Shown: positions 41,423 to 52,912 of the stretch, piece by piece | Layout: each line of letters starts with the position of its first letter | Position numbering within the stretch: the first letter of the stretch is position 1 | Assembly (NCBI GenBank): GCA_052279835.1 | Contig: CP181291.1 | Span: 1,472,001 to 1,536,000 of the forward strand | From: Microcoleus sp. | GTDB taxonomy: Bacteria > Cyanobacteriota > Cyanobacteriia > Cyanobacteriales > Microcoleaceae | Reading direction: 5' to 3' | Length of the DNA: 64,000 bases | The notes under the pieces: generated by a model | What the model was told of the DNA's origin: nothing | The model's input: the letters and a program-made list of their open reading frames with translations, nothing else | Database searches by the model: none | Made by a program: the position numbers and the translations under genes

Positions 41423-42751
41423 ATGAAAATCGGAATAGCTGTCTTGGGTGCCGGCCGCTGGGGAGTCAATCTAATTCGCAACTTTTTAGAACATCCAAAC
41501 AGCGAAGTTTTAGCGATTGTAGACCAAAATCCAGATTCATTGGCAGCAGTCAAAACACTGTTTAATCTTAATGAAAATGTAATTTTAGCTGGTGATTGGG
41601 TTCAAGTGCAGGAATTGCCAGGGCTAGAAGCAGTGGCGATCGCCACTCCCGCCTCTACCCACTATACCCTCACCGCAGCAGCACTCAACAGTGGCTACCA
41701 CGTCTTGGTAGAAAAACCCCTCGCCCTCAATAGCGATGAAGCCCTAGAACTCTGCCAATTAGCCGAAAAAAAGCAGCGCCAACTCTTCGTGGATCACACT
41801 TATCTATTTCATCCAGGAGTCGATAGAGGCCAAGCGATTATTCAACAACATCAACTGGGAAATTTGCGCTACGGTTACGCCCAGCGCACCCATCTCGAAC
41901 CCGTGCGGCACGATGTTGATGCCCTTTGGGATTTAGCGGTTCATGACATTGCTATTTTCAATACCTGGCTGGCACAAACCCCAATTCAAGTAAGGGCGAT
42001 GGGTAGTGTATTTCAGAAGGCAACCCCCCCCTCGCCCTCCCCAAGGGGGGAATTTAGAAGGCAATCTCCCCCTTCCCAAGGGGGGAAATGTCCGCCTGAC
42101 CTTCCCCAAGGGCAACCCCCCCCTGACCCCCCCCAAGGGCAACCCCCCCCTGACCCCCCCCAAGGGCAACCCCCCCCTGACCCCCCCCAAGGGCAACCCC
42201 CCCCTGACCTTCCCCAAGGGCAACCCCCCCCTGACCCCCCCCAAGGGGGGAAATCTCTCCCTGACATCCCCCAAGGGGGGAAATTTCCGCCTGACCTTCC
42301 CCAAAATTCTTTAGAAGGACTAGCAGATTTAGTTTGGGTAACTCTCACCTACCCAGACGGATTTCAAGCATTCATTCACCTGTGCTGGCTAAATCCCGAC
42401 AAACAGCGGCGCTTAACAGTTGTTGGCAGTTTAGGAACTTTGATTTTTGATGAAATGTCGCCAGAAACACCCCTAATTTTACACCGAGGCAATTCAGATG
42501 CTGGGGGTGAAGAAAATAGTTTGGGAAGGGTTCGTGCAGGGGAGCAAACTATCATTAAAAATCGGGAAATATTGACTTTAGAACCAGTGGAACCCCTGCG
42601 TCAAGTGTGCGATCGCTTCCTGCATTGCGTCCAAACCAATACTCCCTGCCCGACCTCTTCCGGCTCCCAGTCCGTTCAATTAATCCGCATTCTTAGCGCT
42701 TTGAGCCAATCCTTAGAACTCGACGGACAACCATTAACTATTAGCCCCTAA
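41423..42751 (+). CDS. Gfo/Idh/MocA oxidoreductase with inserted Pro-rich tandem repeat
   Basis: GAGRWG, ATPASTH, VEKP, WDLAVHD; (PPPDPPQGQ)n insertion. Confidence 0.9.
   Translation: MKIGIAVLGAGRWGVNLIRNFLEHPNSEVLAIVDQNPDSLAAVKTLFNLNENVILAGDWVQVQELPGLEAVAIATPASTHYTLTAAALNSGYHVLVEKPLALNSDEALELCQLAEKKQRQLFVDHTYLFHPGVDRGQAIIQQHQLGNLRYGYAQRTHLEPVRHDVDALWDLAVHDIAIFNTWLAQTPIQVRAMGSVFQKATPPSPSPRGEFRRQSPPSQGGKCPPDLPQGQPPPDPPQGQPPPDPPQGQPPPDPPQGQPPPDLPQGQPPPDPPQGGKSLPDIPQGGKFPPDLPQNSLEGLADLVWVTLTYPDGFQAFIHLCWLNPDKQRRLTVVGSLGTLIFDEMSPETPLILHRGNSDAGGEENSLGRVRAGEQTIIKNREILTLEPVEPLRQVCDRFLHCVQTNTPCPTSSGSQSVQLIRILSALSQSLELDGQPLTISP
42024..42303 (+). repeat. 27/33-bp tandem C-rich repeat inside the CDS
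   Basis: Unit CCCCCCCCTGACCCCCCCCAAGGGCAA about 5 times, plus flanking CCCCAAGGGGGGAAAT variants. Confidence 0.9.
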
Positions 42752-42760
42752 TTTCCGTCA

Positions 42761-44837
42761 TCAATCAAAACCTTTAAACATGACATTTTCCTTGAGCAAA
42801 TCAGGGTTGTCAACAGCAGCATTTGATTGCTGAGTAACAGGTAAAGAAATTACTACAGTCGCACCTTGATTGATACCCGCACTGTGGATGGTAATACTCC
42901 CTCTCATAGATTCCATGATTTTGCGAGAGATAGCCAAGCCCAAGCCGTTACCACCAAATCGGCGAGTAGTAGAGCCATCAACCATCACAAAAGGCTGAAA
43001 TAATTTTTGCTGTTGTTCAGGCTCGATACCAATTCCCGTATCTTTAATAGTCACTACCACCGATTCGCGATCGTCGCTAACGCTGGGAATATTTTCTCCG
43101 AGATTTCCGTTGAGTGGATCGGGAGTTTTGATTTTGTTAGATTCAAGGTTTATGGATATAGTAATGCTGCCGAATTCGGTAAATTTCACAGCATTGCTCA
43201 AGACGTTTAAAAACACCTGCTTGAGTTTTTCCGGGTCTGCATAAACAGTAATAGGAGGGCGAGCGAGGGGCAAATGTAACTTCAAACCTTTTTCCTTAAT
43301 CGGAATAGCCTGTAATTCAACAGCATCTTCCAAGACCTCATTCAGATCGATTACTTCAAACATCAGCGAGAAGGAACCGGCTTCGATTTTAGCAATATCC
43401 AAAATATCATTAATGATATTTAGTAACTGCATAGCCGAGTCGTGAGCTCGCTGTAAAAAATCCATTTCCTCCTCTCGGTCATCGCAGTAGCCGTCTCGTA
43501 CAATTTGCAGAAAACCAATAATCCCATTGAGCGGGGTTCTCAATTCGTGAGAAATATTGCGCAAAAACTCATCTTTTAACTGATTGGCAACTTTTGCTTC
43601 CTTGGTGGCAACTTCCAATTCGTCGGCCCAGGATTTGAGGCGACCGACCATACTGTTGAGGGCATCTGCTAATTGATTGAATTCGCGAATTTTGAGATTT
43701 TGTGGGACTGCTTGTGGTGCTTCTGTGTCTACTTTTAGGGCGTAGTCTCTGAGTTTTTCCAAAGGACGAGCTAAGTCGCGAGACAAATATAAAGTGGCGA
43801 TGATGCTAGCGCCAATTAAGCCGACAATCAGAATAAATAAAACCTGCTGAATTTCTTCCAAACCCGACAAGGCGTAATCTAAACGGGAGACAGCTAAAAT
43901 AATCCATTTGCTGTTTTCTTTTTTAGTTAAAGGGCTGGGGATAGCAGCGTAGCCGGCGAGCAATTCTACGCCATTTTTTTCAAAGGAAAATAGGTGTAAA
44001 AAAGCTTGTCCTCCGGCGATCGCCCTTTTGAGGAGACTCTTGAGGCGATCGGCATCAGCTTCCTGGTCGATATTGCGTCCTACGCGGTCAATATTGGGGT
44101 GAGCCAAAATGGTTCCATCTTGGTCGATCGCCACCGTATAGCCAGCCAGAGAGCCCTTGGGAGCACTGGTTTGGACTGGCAAGGAGGACTGCAAACTCAG
44201 AGCATAACTCAATTGGCGACTATTGCCACGACGAGTGTAAACGGGGGCACTCAACACCAAACTCACCTGACTTTCCTTCCCCTCTTGGCCCTCCTTGCTG
44301 GAATCGGAAAACTTAGCTGTAGAGGAAAGGGGATTTTTGTCTTTAGTTTTCCCCTGCTGCATATCTGGCCAAGACAGAGTGATGTAGACGCTCTTGTCGT
44401 CTAGTAGAGCCTGTTGCTGCTGTTGCTGCGGCCAAAAATTAGCAGGTGGCGACTTTGACAGAATGGGAAGAGGGCCACAGGTGCTGGCGGTGACTTGATT
44501 TGTCTGCAAATTAGTCAATTGCACGCAATCTACCTGAGTGGGCAACCGTTGCCCTAGCTGCGCGATAAACTTTTGATAATCTTTGGGTTCTACAGACTGT
44601 AGTATGGAGCTTTCCGAAGCTCCGATCAGATTCGATCTGAGTGATTTGGCCCACTGTTCAATAGTTTCTGCTTTTCTGACGGCACTTTCGGTCAGATTTT
44701 GACGTGCTGTTTCCAGAAGCGTCGATCGTGCTTTGCGATAGGTAACATACTCCCCCACCAGTAGAAACGGGTACGCTGAGCAACAAAATCCGCGACAGTA
44801 AAATACGGCGAAAGGAGGATTGACCTAACTTAACCAT
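42761..44837 (-). CDS. Cache-HAMP sensor histidine kinase, with apparent +1 frameshift at 44765-44767
   Basis: SHELRTPL, NAVKFT, DTGIG, GNGLGLAI; N-terminus MVKLGQSSFRRILLSRILLLSVPV from ATG 44837 is one base out of frame with LLVGEYVTY. Confidence 0.85.
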
Positions 44838-45670
44838 AGGACATTTCTAAATTAAGGTGCGACACCTAACAACGACCATAGTGCAACAAAGCAGACCGAC
44901 TGGCGGATCTGTCAAGGGTACTTTGCTGAAGAGACAACACAGCTTCACAAGAATAGTTAAGCATAATTATAGGAGCCACGGTCATTGATTGGGTCAGGCG
45001 ATCGATCTGGGAGCTCTCCTAAAGGTAGAGGCAGAGCTATTCTCACTACTTCACTCAGTCCTAGACCCAAAGGGCATCGGTAAGCTCGAATGATAGGATG
45101 GGTCAGGTGGGTTTTTTCTTTAAAGAGCACAGGAAAGTAGAGCGCTTTAATAATTGTAACAATTACTTCAGATAAATCCCATCAATTATATCTTTTTGAG
45201 CCAATTTTTAATAGCACTTTATCCGTTAGATTGATTGGGTAAAACTCCTCTAAACATTGGCTCCCTATCGGAACTGATGGTGACTTTTTTTGATTCTCGA
45301 TTCATTTTGCCAGACACCTTTTGGTCCTAGTCTGATTGCCAGTTATCGTATAATGAATAGATCGCAGAGGCTGGTGTCGGTGCGATCGCCTTCTTTTCCA
45401 AGATACAATCTCCAGGGAAACCCTTGTTCAAAAATGTCTTCCCCGATTTTGAAAATTACCAACTTCCCCATAGCCATAACGCGATCGTATTAATGTACCC
45501 GCAGAGGGCGATCGCCCTGATTGTTTTATCTTCAGCGAGGTCAAATAATGAGATGATGGAATGGTCGATCGACTTTCACAACCCCCAGGGAATGAACATC
45601 AGCTCAAACAGCCCATACACTTGCTGAGGATTAGGGCGCTCGACAATCATCTTCCTAGCTTACTTAATCG

Positions 45671-46324
45671 ATGAAAAAAAACTCTAGTGACTATACCTAT
45701 TATTATACAAATAATCGTCCCAGATATCATCACGCTTATTTGCTATCCCCCCTTTTGGAAATGCTGGTAAAACTGCAAGCTACCAGCCAGAAAAAACTCC
45801 GAGTTTTAGATCTCGGCTGCGGCAATGGTAGCTTGAGTCACGTCATCGCAGAGCAAGGCTATGAAGTTGTTGGCGTGGATAATTCTGCACCAGGCATAGC
45901 AATTGCTCGTGAAAGTTTCCCGGAGTGTCAGTTTATCCAAGCAGATATTTACGCTCTCCCGGAAGTCGATCTACCGCATTCCTTTGATGTTGTCCTCGCC
46001 ATTGAAGTAATCGAACATTTACTTTATCCAAAAGAACTGGCAAAAGCTGCCCGAAAATGTCTTAAACCCGGAGGCACGCTAATTATTTCCACTCCCTATC
46101 ATGGTTATTTAAAAAATTTGATATTAGCAATTACTGGTAAAATGGACAATCATTTTACTGTACTTTGGGATAATGGTCATATCAAGTTTTTTTCGGTCAA
46201 AACCCTGTCAAAGGTATTAGAGATTGAACAATATACGGATATTGAGTTTAGATTTGCTGGGAGGTTTCCCTATCTTTGGAAATCAATGTTATGCTCCAGC
46301 AAATCCACAATTAAGACGAAGTAA
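45671..46324 (+). CDS. Class I SAM-dependent methyltransferase
   Basis: VLDLGCGNG, FDVVLAIEVIEH, LKPGGTLIISTP. Confidence 0.9.
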   Translation: MKKNSSDYTYYYTNNRPRYHHAYLLSPLLEMLVKLQATSQKKLRVLDLGCGNGSLSHVIAEQGYEVVGVDNSAPGIAIARESFPECQFIQADIYALPEVDLPHSFDVVLAIEVIEHLLYPKELAKAARKCLKPGGTLIISTPYHGYLKNLILAITGKMDNHFTVLWDNGHIKFFSVKTLSKVLEIEQYTDIEFRFAGRFPYLWKSMLCSSKSTIKTK

Positions 46325-46475
46325 TTCGATAGATGCTAAAATTACGACCAACTTGGAAAAAGTCAACCAATAAAATACCCGCTAAAAAATGCAAAATCAA
46401 TTGGGATGTTAAAACCGTTTAAAAGTCTAAACAAGCCTGGTAAAACAAACTAATAAAATCAATCATCAAAAAAAA

Positions 46476-47987
46476 ATGACAGTTGGCATCTGGATATTAG
46501 GCGATCAACTTTGGCACAATCAAGCTGCTCTCGCCAGCACACTTAATCTGAAAGAATTCCCCAAAATTATCTTAATTGAATCTGGGCAACAGGTTCTTGA
46601 ACGTTCCTATCATCGACAGAAGTTAGTTTTAATTTGGTCGGCGATGCGGCATTTTGCGGGAGAATTACGCGACAGTGGCTATCAAGTTACTTATGCGAAA
46701 GCGGCGGATTTTGAAACTCCTCTGAAAGTTTGGATTGAAACTGATAATATCACTGAATTGCGGGTGATGACACCGAGCGATCGACCTTTTTTACAAAAAA
46801 TCCAAAACTTGCAACTTCCCTGCCAAATTACTTTAATTGCTAACAACCAATTTTTGTGGAGTGAAGCAGAATTTAAAGATTGGGCATCCAGCCGGAAACG
46901 CCTGTTAATGGAAGATTTTTATCGAGTTAGCCGCCAGCGTTTCCAAGTTTTAATGGATGGAAATAAACCAGTTGGGGGTAAGTGGAATTTTGACAAAGAA
47001 AATCGCCAGCCACCAAAAGGTAAACTGAATACACCGCCAGCTATTTGGTTTGAGCCGGATGAAATAACTCAAGCAGCGATCGCCGATGTTAAGGCTCTAT
47101 CTTTCCCAACTTACGGAGATGTGGAACCTTTTCGCTGGGGCGTGACGCGAGAGCAAGCTTTGCAAGTGTTAAATAATTTTATCACCCAAAGTCTCCCCAC
47201 CTTTGGCCCTTATCAAGATGCGATGGTAACGGGGGAGGAAACCATGTGGCATTCGCTTATTTCTCCTTATTTGAATATTGGCTTACTGCATCCTTTAGAA
47301 GTTATTCAAGCGGCGGAAACAGCCTACTTGGAAAATGACTTAAATTTAAACGGCGTTGAGGGTTTTATCCGCCAAATTCTGGGCTGGCGAGAATACATTC
47401 GGGGTGTTTATTTTGATGTGGATGCTGATTATTTTCAGAAGAATTGGTTCAACCACACTCAGCCGCTGCCGGAGTTTTTTTGGGATGCTAGCAAAACTGA
47501 TATGAACTGTTTGCATCAAGTTTTAAGTCAAGTCGAAAGCAGTGGTTACGCGCATCACATCCAGCGATTGATGATTTTGGGCAATTTTGGCCTAATTGCG
47601 GGCATCTCGCCACAGGAGCTGGAAAACTGGTTCCACAGTGCATTTATTGATGCCTATGACTGGGTAATGCAGACCAATGTGTTGGGTATGAGTTTGTTTG
47701 CGGATGGGGGTGTGTTGGCGTCTAAACCCTATGCTGCGTCTGCGAACTATATCAATAAGATGAGCGATTATTGTCGGGGTTGTAAGTACGATCGCACGGT
47801 GCGATCGGGCGAAAATGCCTGTCCCTTCAATTTTTTTTACTGGGACTTCCTGGCGCGTCACCGGGAAAAATTGCAGTCGATCGGGCGCATGAGCTTTATT
47901 TTAGCCAATCTGGACAAAATGTCCTCCGCAGAGCTGGCAACTATTACCCAAAAAGCCCATGAATGGCATTTAGTCAGTAGTCATTAG
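46476..47987 (+). CDS. Cryptochrome/photolyase, FeS-cluster (PhrB/CryB-like) class
   Basis: ILGDQL, HRQKL, GGKWNFDKENR, GPYQDAM, RQILGWREY, YAHHIQRLM, conserved Cys (MNC, DYC..C, ACPF). Confidence 0.9.
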   Translation: MTVGIWILGDQLWHNQAALASTLNLKEFPKIILIESGQQVLERSYHRQKLVLIWSAMRHFAGELRDSGYQVTYAKAADFETPLKVWIETDNITELRVMTPSDRPFLQKIQNLQLPCQITLIANNQFLWSEAEFKDWASSRKRLLMEDFYRVSRQRFQVLMDGNKPVGGKWNFDKENRQPPKGKLNTPPAIWFEPDEITQAAIADVKALSFPTYGDVEPFRWGVTREQALQVLNNFITQSLPTFGPYQDAMVTGEETMWHSLISPYLNIGLLHPLEVIQAAETAYLENDLNLNGVEGFIRQILGWREYIRGVYFDVDADYFQKNWFNHTQPLPEFFWDASKTDMNCLHQVLSQVESSGYAHHIQRLMILGNFGLIAGISPQELENWFHSAFIDAYDWVMQTNVLGMSLFADGGVLASKPYAASANYINKMSDYCRGCKYDRTVRSGENACPFNFFYWDFLARHREKLQSIGRMSFILANLDKMSSAELATITQKAHEWHLVSSH

Positions 47988-48039
47988 TTATTGGTTGTTG
48001 GTGTCGCCCTGCCCTTAGACATCGAATTCTGGGCGGTTG

Positions 48040-48129
48040 TTTACCTCTACTTTGGTTGGAGAAATCCTGTCAAAGCAAGTTGGCTCGTAGAATAAAGAAT
48101 CCCCGCGCGTTTACGCCGGGGAGTGTGAA
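48040..48129 (+). mobile_element. IS200/IS605 tnpB 3'-end / right-end relic
   Basis: ACCTCTACTTTGGTTGGAGAAATCCTG..AGCAAGT..AAGAATCCCCGCGCGTTTACGCCGGGGAGTGTGAA; subterminal hairpin. Confidence 0.65.
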
Positions 48130-48153
48130 CGAAATTGATATTATTTTTCCCCC

Positions 48154-49893
48154 ATGTTCATCGCCCCCTTGCACAAATTTCTGACTGCCACAAATCATGA
48201 TGATAAATCTCGATCGCGCACCATCTTTTGGTTAGCTTTAAGCTTGACATTTGCCGCAATCTATGGTTGGTTAGGGCTAAGACAAGCCTTCGGTGGCGAG
48301 TATATCGTGCAAGACGATGCCAGACAACACGTTTTCTGGATGATGCGATTTGTCGATCGCGATTTGTTTCCCAACGACTTCATTGCTAACTACTTTCAAT
48401 CCATCAGCCCCACAGGCTACAGCACGCTCTACAAAATAGCAGCCACAATTGGCATCTCTCCCCTATTATTTCACAAAATATTGCCGCTTTTCCTCAGCTT
48501 AATCTCCACTTATTACTGTTTTAGCATTGCCCTAGAAATGTTGCCAGTGCCGATGACTGGATTTATTGCCTCTGTGCTGCTAAACCAACATATGTGGATG
48601 ACAGACGATTTGGCTTCCACAACGCCCAGAGCCTTTATCTATCCGATATTTCTCGCTTTTTTATATTATTTGCTGCGACGTTCCCTGCTGGCTTGTTTAG
48701 GGGCGATCGCCTTAATCGGACTATTTTACCCTCCTTACGCATTGGTAGCTGCGGGTATCTTAGTTTTGCGGTTGCTGGATTGGGAAAAAGGTAGTTTGCG
48801 CTTGTCGCGCGATCGCACAAATTACCTATTTTGCACTACAGGTTTAGGAGTTGTGTTTTTAGTAATGCTACCCTATGCCCTAGATAAATCGGAATTTGGT
48901 CCCGCTTATACAGCAGCAGAAGCTAAAACAATGCCCGAATTTGCGCCCCAAGGCCGAAATGCTTTTTTTCGTCCAAATCCCCTAGATTATTGGCTGACTG
49001 GCCGGGGTAGTGGGATGTTTCCCAAGTCCCTGTTTACCCCCGTTACTCACTGTGCTGCATGGTTATTTCCGGTGCTATTGGTATGGCGATCGACATTTCC
49101 TTTAGCTAAGCAGATTCAAAGTAGTATCTGGCTGTTGCTGCAACTATTTTTAGCATCCTTAGTCATGTTTTTGGTTGCTCACGCTACGCTTTTTAAATTA
49201 TATCAGCCTGGGCGCTATACTGCTTATAGTTTGCGATTTATTGTAGTGTTCTTAAGTGCGATCGGCCTAACTTTGATCCTAGATGGAGTGGGAAATTGGG
49301 CCAAGACAACCGAAACCAAATTTAGCATCAAAAATATAGTAGCAATCATCACAACAGCGATAATTGCTGTGGTAGTTGTGCTTTATCCCTGCTTAGTGGA
49401 TAAATTTCCTAGCGTTGGGTATGTAGAGGGTAAAATGCCCGAATTGTACCAGTTTTTTCAGCATCAACCGCCAGATATTTTGATTGCTTCCCTAGCGCCA
49501 GAGGTGGACAACCTGCCAACTTTTAGTCAGCGCTCGGTTTTGGTAGGAAAAGAATATGCAGTGCCTTATCAAAAAGGCTATTATACTAGATTTAGACAGC
49601 GAGTTAACGATTTAATTCGCGCTCAATATAGTCCCGATCGCTCTGTGGTGCAAAAGTTTATTAATCAATATGGAATAGATTTCTGGATGCTAGAACGCCA
49701 AGCCTTGACTCTTGAGTACGTAAAGGATTACGGTTGGATAGAAGACTTTGATGCTACACCAAAGGCGATCGCCTCTCTCACACAAGGGAAAATTCCTGTG
49801 TTAGCTGAAGCAATGACAAGTTGTGCAGTTTTTCAGAATGATGTTTTAGTGGTTTTAGAAACATCTTGCATTGCAAAATTGACTGGGAGTTAA
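48154..49893 (+). CDS. Polytopic membrane protein, possibly GT-C glycosyltransferase-like
   Basis: About 12 TM segments, QDD motif in the first loop, soluble C-terminal domain. Confidence 0.55.
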   Translation: MFIAPLHKFLTATNHDDKSRSRTIFWLALSLTFAAIYGWLGLRQAFGGEYIVQDDARQHVFWMMRFVDRDLFPNDFIANYFQSISPTGYSTLYKIAATIGISPLLFHKILPLFLSLISTYYCFSIALEMLPVPMTGFIASVLLNQHMWMTDDLASTTPRAFIYPIFLAFLYYLLRRSLLACLGAIALIGLFYPPYALVAAGILVLRLLDWEKGSLRLSRDRTNYLFCTTGLGVVFLVMLPYALDKSEFGPAYTAAEAKTMPEFAPQGRNAFFRPNPLDYWLTGRGSGMFPKSLFTPVTHCAAWLFPVLLVWRSTFPLAKQIQSSIWLLLQLFLASLVMFLVAHATLFKLYQPGRYTAYSLRFIVVFLSAIGLTLILDGVGNWAKTTETKFSIKNIVAIITTAIIAVVVVLYPCLVDKFPSVGYVEGKMPELYQFFQHQPPDILIASLAPEVDNLPTFSQRSVLVGKEYAVPYQKGYYTRFRQRVNDLIRAQYSPDRSVVQKFINQYGIDFWMLERQALTLEYVKDYGWIEDFDATPKAIASLTQGKIPVLAEAMTSCAVFQNDVLVVLETSCIAKLTGS

Positions 49894-50149
49894 GGTGAGG
49901 CAGAGCCTCTGGATATTGGTTCCCAGGCAGAGTGTGGGAACCAGAAAAGAGAAGATTCCGGTTCCCCCCTTATTAAGGGGGGTTAGGGGGGATCTAGACT
50001 GCGAAACCAACAAGAAAGATTATCGATTTAACCATCAACTTTTTGAATTTTAAGCGCTGCATTTTGGAATTGCACCACTACCAACGCTGACTGTTAGGAG
50101 CGATCGCCCAATACGCTATAATTCCCATAGGAGATAATGGTGCGGTTCA

Positions 50150-50758
50150 ATGACACAAGTTCTCGATCGCGAAATTCTCGATGGACGAGTGGTGCTCAAT
50201 GGCACCTGGGAGCAATTCAAGTTAATCCAGAAGGGCTCCGAAGATTCCCCTAGGGTAAAACTGTCTTTTTTTGCAGGTGCGATCGAGATTCTGATGCCGG
50301 GATTCCAACACGAACATTTTTCGGAAATCATTGGTTATCTGGTGACAACTTTTCTGCTGACACAAGGCATTAGGTTTTACCCTTCTGGTTCAATGACGCA
50401 AGAGAAGACAGGAGAAGTTTCAACCCAAGCAGACAAATCATTTTGTTTGGGGAAACCTAAGTCGATTCCCGATTTGTCGATCGAGGTGGTTTATACTAGC
50501 GGTGGACTGACAAAGTTGCCAAAATATCGGGCTTTGGGTGTGCCAGAAATCTGGTTTTGGGAGGATGGCACCTTGCGGCTATATCATCTCCGGGAAAATG
50601 GGTATGAGCAAGTCATTCAGAGTCAACTTTCAGGATTGGAAACCCTCGATATTGACTTGCTAAGACGCTGTATTTTGATGGGCGAAACTGATTTGGCTGA
50701 AGCGGTTAAGGTTTTTGGACAGGGAATTTCGACTGTTGGCGAAGGAAACAGAACATAG
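50150..50758 (+). CDS. Uma2-family endonuclease-like protein
   Basis: TWEQF, IEILMP..HE, PDLSIEV, YRALGVPEIWFW. Confidence 0.9.
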   Translation: MTQVLDREILDGRVVLNGTWEQFKLIQKGSEDSPRVKLSFFAGAIEILMPGFQHEHFSEIIGYLVTTFLLTQGIRFYPSGSMTQEKTGEVSTQADKSFCLGKPKSIPDLSIEVVYTSGGLTKLPKYRALGVPEIWFWEDGTLRLYHLRENGYEQVIQSQLSGLETLDIDLLRRCILMGETDLAEAVKVFGQGISTVGEGNRT

Positions 50759-50830
50759 ATCCGGGGTCAAGTTGGTAGAAAATGAAAATCATACAAATAC
50801 TCGATCGCACCTTATCTCTTTAGCAAAAAC

Positions 50831-52423
50831 ATGGCAACACTATACGTCAACTCCGCCACAGGTTCCGATGCAGCCGCCGGTAGCCAAGGGGCCCCATTGA
50901 AAACTATAGCCCGCGCGATCGGTATCGCCCCCTACGGAACGATCGTTCAGCTAGCCAGCGGAACTTACAGCGCAGCCAGTGGCGAACAATTCCCCCTAGA
51001 CATTCCCTCTGGAATCAAAATAATCGGTAATGAATCCAACAAAGGTAGCAGCATTATCATCCAAGGAAGCGGCAAATTTGTCAGTCCCAGCGCCGCTGGT
51101 CAAAATGTCACTATACTCCTAGGAACCGATGCCGAATTGCGCGGAGTAACTGTCATCAATCCTGACATTCGCGGCACCGCAGTTTGGATTGAATCAACTT
51201 CTCCCACTGTGGCTAACTGCACTTTGACTAAATCCAAGCGGGAAGGAATATTTGCCACCGGCACTGCTAATCCTGCTATTCTCGATAACATCTTTTTGGA
51301 AAACTCTGCCGCTGGCGTGATTATGGCTGGTAGCGCTAAAGGTGTACTCCGGCGCAATACTTTTCAAAATACAGGTTTTGGTATTTCTCTACAAGCTCAG
51401 TCCGCTCCTTTGATTGTGGAAAACCAAATTTTGCAAAATCGCTCTGGGATTGTCCTCGCAGGCGATTCACAACCAACTATACGCAAGAATCGCATTGAAA
51501 GAAATGTGGAAGACGGCTTGACAGTAGTGGGGAAAGCAATGCCTGATGTTGGTACTGCTCAAGATTTGGGTGGTAATGTGTTTGTCAATAACGGTGAATT
51601 TGACTTGCAAAACGCCACTGGGGTCAAAATTTTTGCTGTGGGAAATCAGATTAATTCCTCTCTGGTGAAAGGTTTAGTTGAGTTGGGATCGGTGACACCA
51701 ACCCCAGCCCCAACTCCAGCCCCAACTCCAACTCCAACCCCAACTCCCACTCCAACTCCCACTCCAGCCCCAACTCCCACTCCAGCCCCAACTCCAGCCC
51801 CAACTCCCACTCCAGCCCCAACTCCAACCCCAGCCCCAACTCCTGGCGGCATTCAGTTTAGCGACATCAGCACTCACTGGGCTAAGGATTTTATTGAACG
51901 TTTGACAAACATGAATATTATCCGTGGTTTTCCTAACGGCACTTTTAAGCCGGATCAAGGTTTGACAAGGGCTCAGTACGCTGCTTTGCTGGCGAAGGCT
52001 TTTGAACTTGCTCCTCGCCGGGATGCAACCAATTTTAAGGATGTGGCGGCGGATTTTTGGGCACAAACGGCGATCGAAAAAGCTAATCGGGCTGGCTTTT
52101 TGGCTGGATATCCTGACACCACCTTTCGCCCAAATCAGAATTTGACTAGGGCTCAGGCTGTTGTTTCTTTGGTCAATGGTTTGCAGCTTGTGGGCGGAAA
52201 CCCCAATTCTTTGAGCGTTTACAGCGATCGAGCTTTGATTCCCAGTTTTGCCACCGCTCAGGTAGCAACGGCCACAGAGCGTAAAATGGTGGTGAATTAT
52301 CCAGCGCGCGATCGCTTTTCCCCAGCCCGCGACATCACCCGTGGTGAAATATCCGCTCTCATCTACCAAACTCTAGTCGCCACCAATCGAGCCCAGCCGA
52401 TTAATTCTCCTTACATCGTCTAG
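50831..52423 (+). CDS. DUF1565 beta-helix + (PT)n linker + three SLH domains
   Basis: [23 protein letters not shown]; (PTPA)n; [21 protein letters not shown] repeats. Confidence 0.88.
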   Translation: MATLYVNSATGSDAAAGSQGAPLKTIARAIGIAPYGTIVQLASGTYSAASGEQFPLDIPSGIKIIGNESNKGSSIIIQGSGKFVSPSAAGQNVTILLGTDAELRGVTVINPDIRGTAVWIESTSPTVANCTLTKSKREGIFATGTANPAILDNIFLENSAAGVIMAGSAKGVLRRNTFQNTGFGISLQAQSAPLIVENQILQNRSGIVLAGDSQPTIRKNRIERNVEDGLTVVGKAMPDVGTAQDLGGNVFVNNGEFDLQNATGVKIFAVGNQINSSLVKGLVELGSVTPTPAPTPAPTPTPTPTPTPTPTPAPTPTPAPTPAPTPTPAPTPTPAPTPGGIQFSDISTHWAKDFIERLTNMNIIRGFPNGTFKPDQGLTRAQYAALLAKAFELAPRRDATNFKDVAADFWAQTAIEKANRAGFLAGYPDTTFRPNQNLTRAQAVVSLVNGLQLVGGNPNSLSVYSDRALIPSFATAQVATATERKMVVNYPARDRFSPARDITRGEISALIYQTLVATNRAQPINSPYIV

Positions 52424-52579
52424 GAGTATGGGGAAGGGGGACAAGGAAGATTTGCCATCAAACTTGAGTCTGCTTTTTTCTCTTCTTCCCCTCTCCCAAG
52501 TCTCGATTTCCCAGTACCGAATCGTTTTATGATGGGATCTTAAGAAATTAAGTAATCATTAAGGTTCAATTGTCAAATT

Positions 52580-52912
52580 ATGGCTACAATTCAATTTTCC
52601 CGTGGTATGGACGAAGATTCTGTGCCAGAAGTGCGTCTAACTCGTTCTAAAAGCGGCAGTCAAGGCACGGCTACTTTTATCTTTGAAAATCCGAAAGCTC
52701 TAACTACCAGTACAGAAGACATTACTGGGATGTACATGATTGACGAAGAAGGTGAAATCATAACTCGCGAAGTTAAGGCTAAATTTGTCAACGGTCAGCC
52801 TGCTGGTTTGGAAGCTCTTTATTTAATGAGAAGTAAGGAAGAATGGGAGCGTTTTATGCGTTTTATGGAACGCTACTCTGAAGCTAATGGCTTAGGATTT
52901 AGCAAGGCCTAG
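52580..52912 (+). CDS. psb28: Photosystem II assembly factor Psb28
   Basis: [43 protein letters not shown]. Confidence 0.95.
   Translation: MATIQFSRGMDEDSVPEVRLTRSKSGSQGTATFIFENPKALTTSTEDITGMYMIDEEGEIITREVKAKFVNGQPAGLEALYLMRSKEEWERFMRFMERYSEANGLGFSKA

Noticed and set aside
41933..42348. Gly/Pro-rich alternative-frame ORFs
   Set aside because: Shadows of the tandem repeat in the oxidoreductase
51646..52369. Antisense (GV)n, (WG)n and (LE)n ORFs
   Set aside because: Reverse-frame reads of the PT linker
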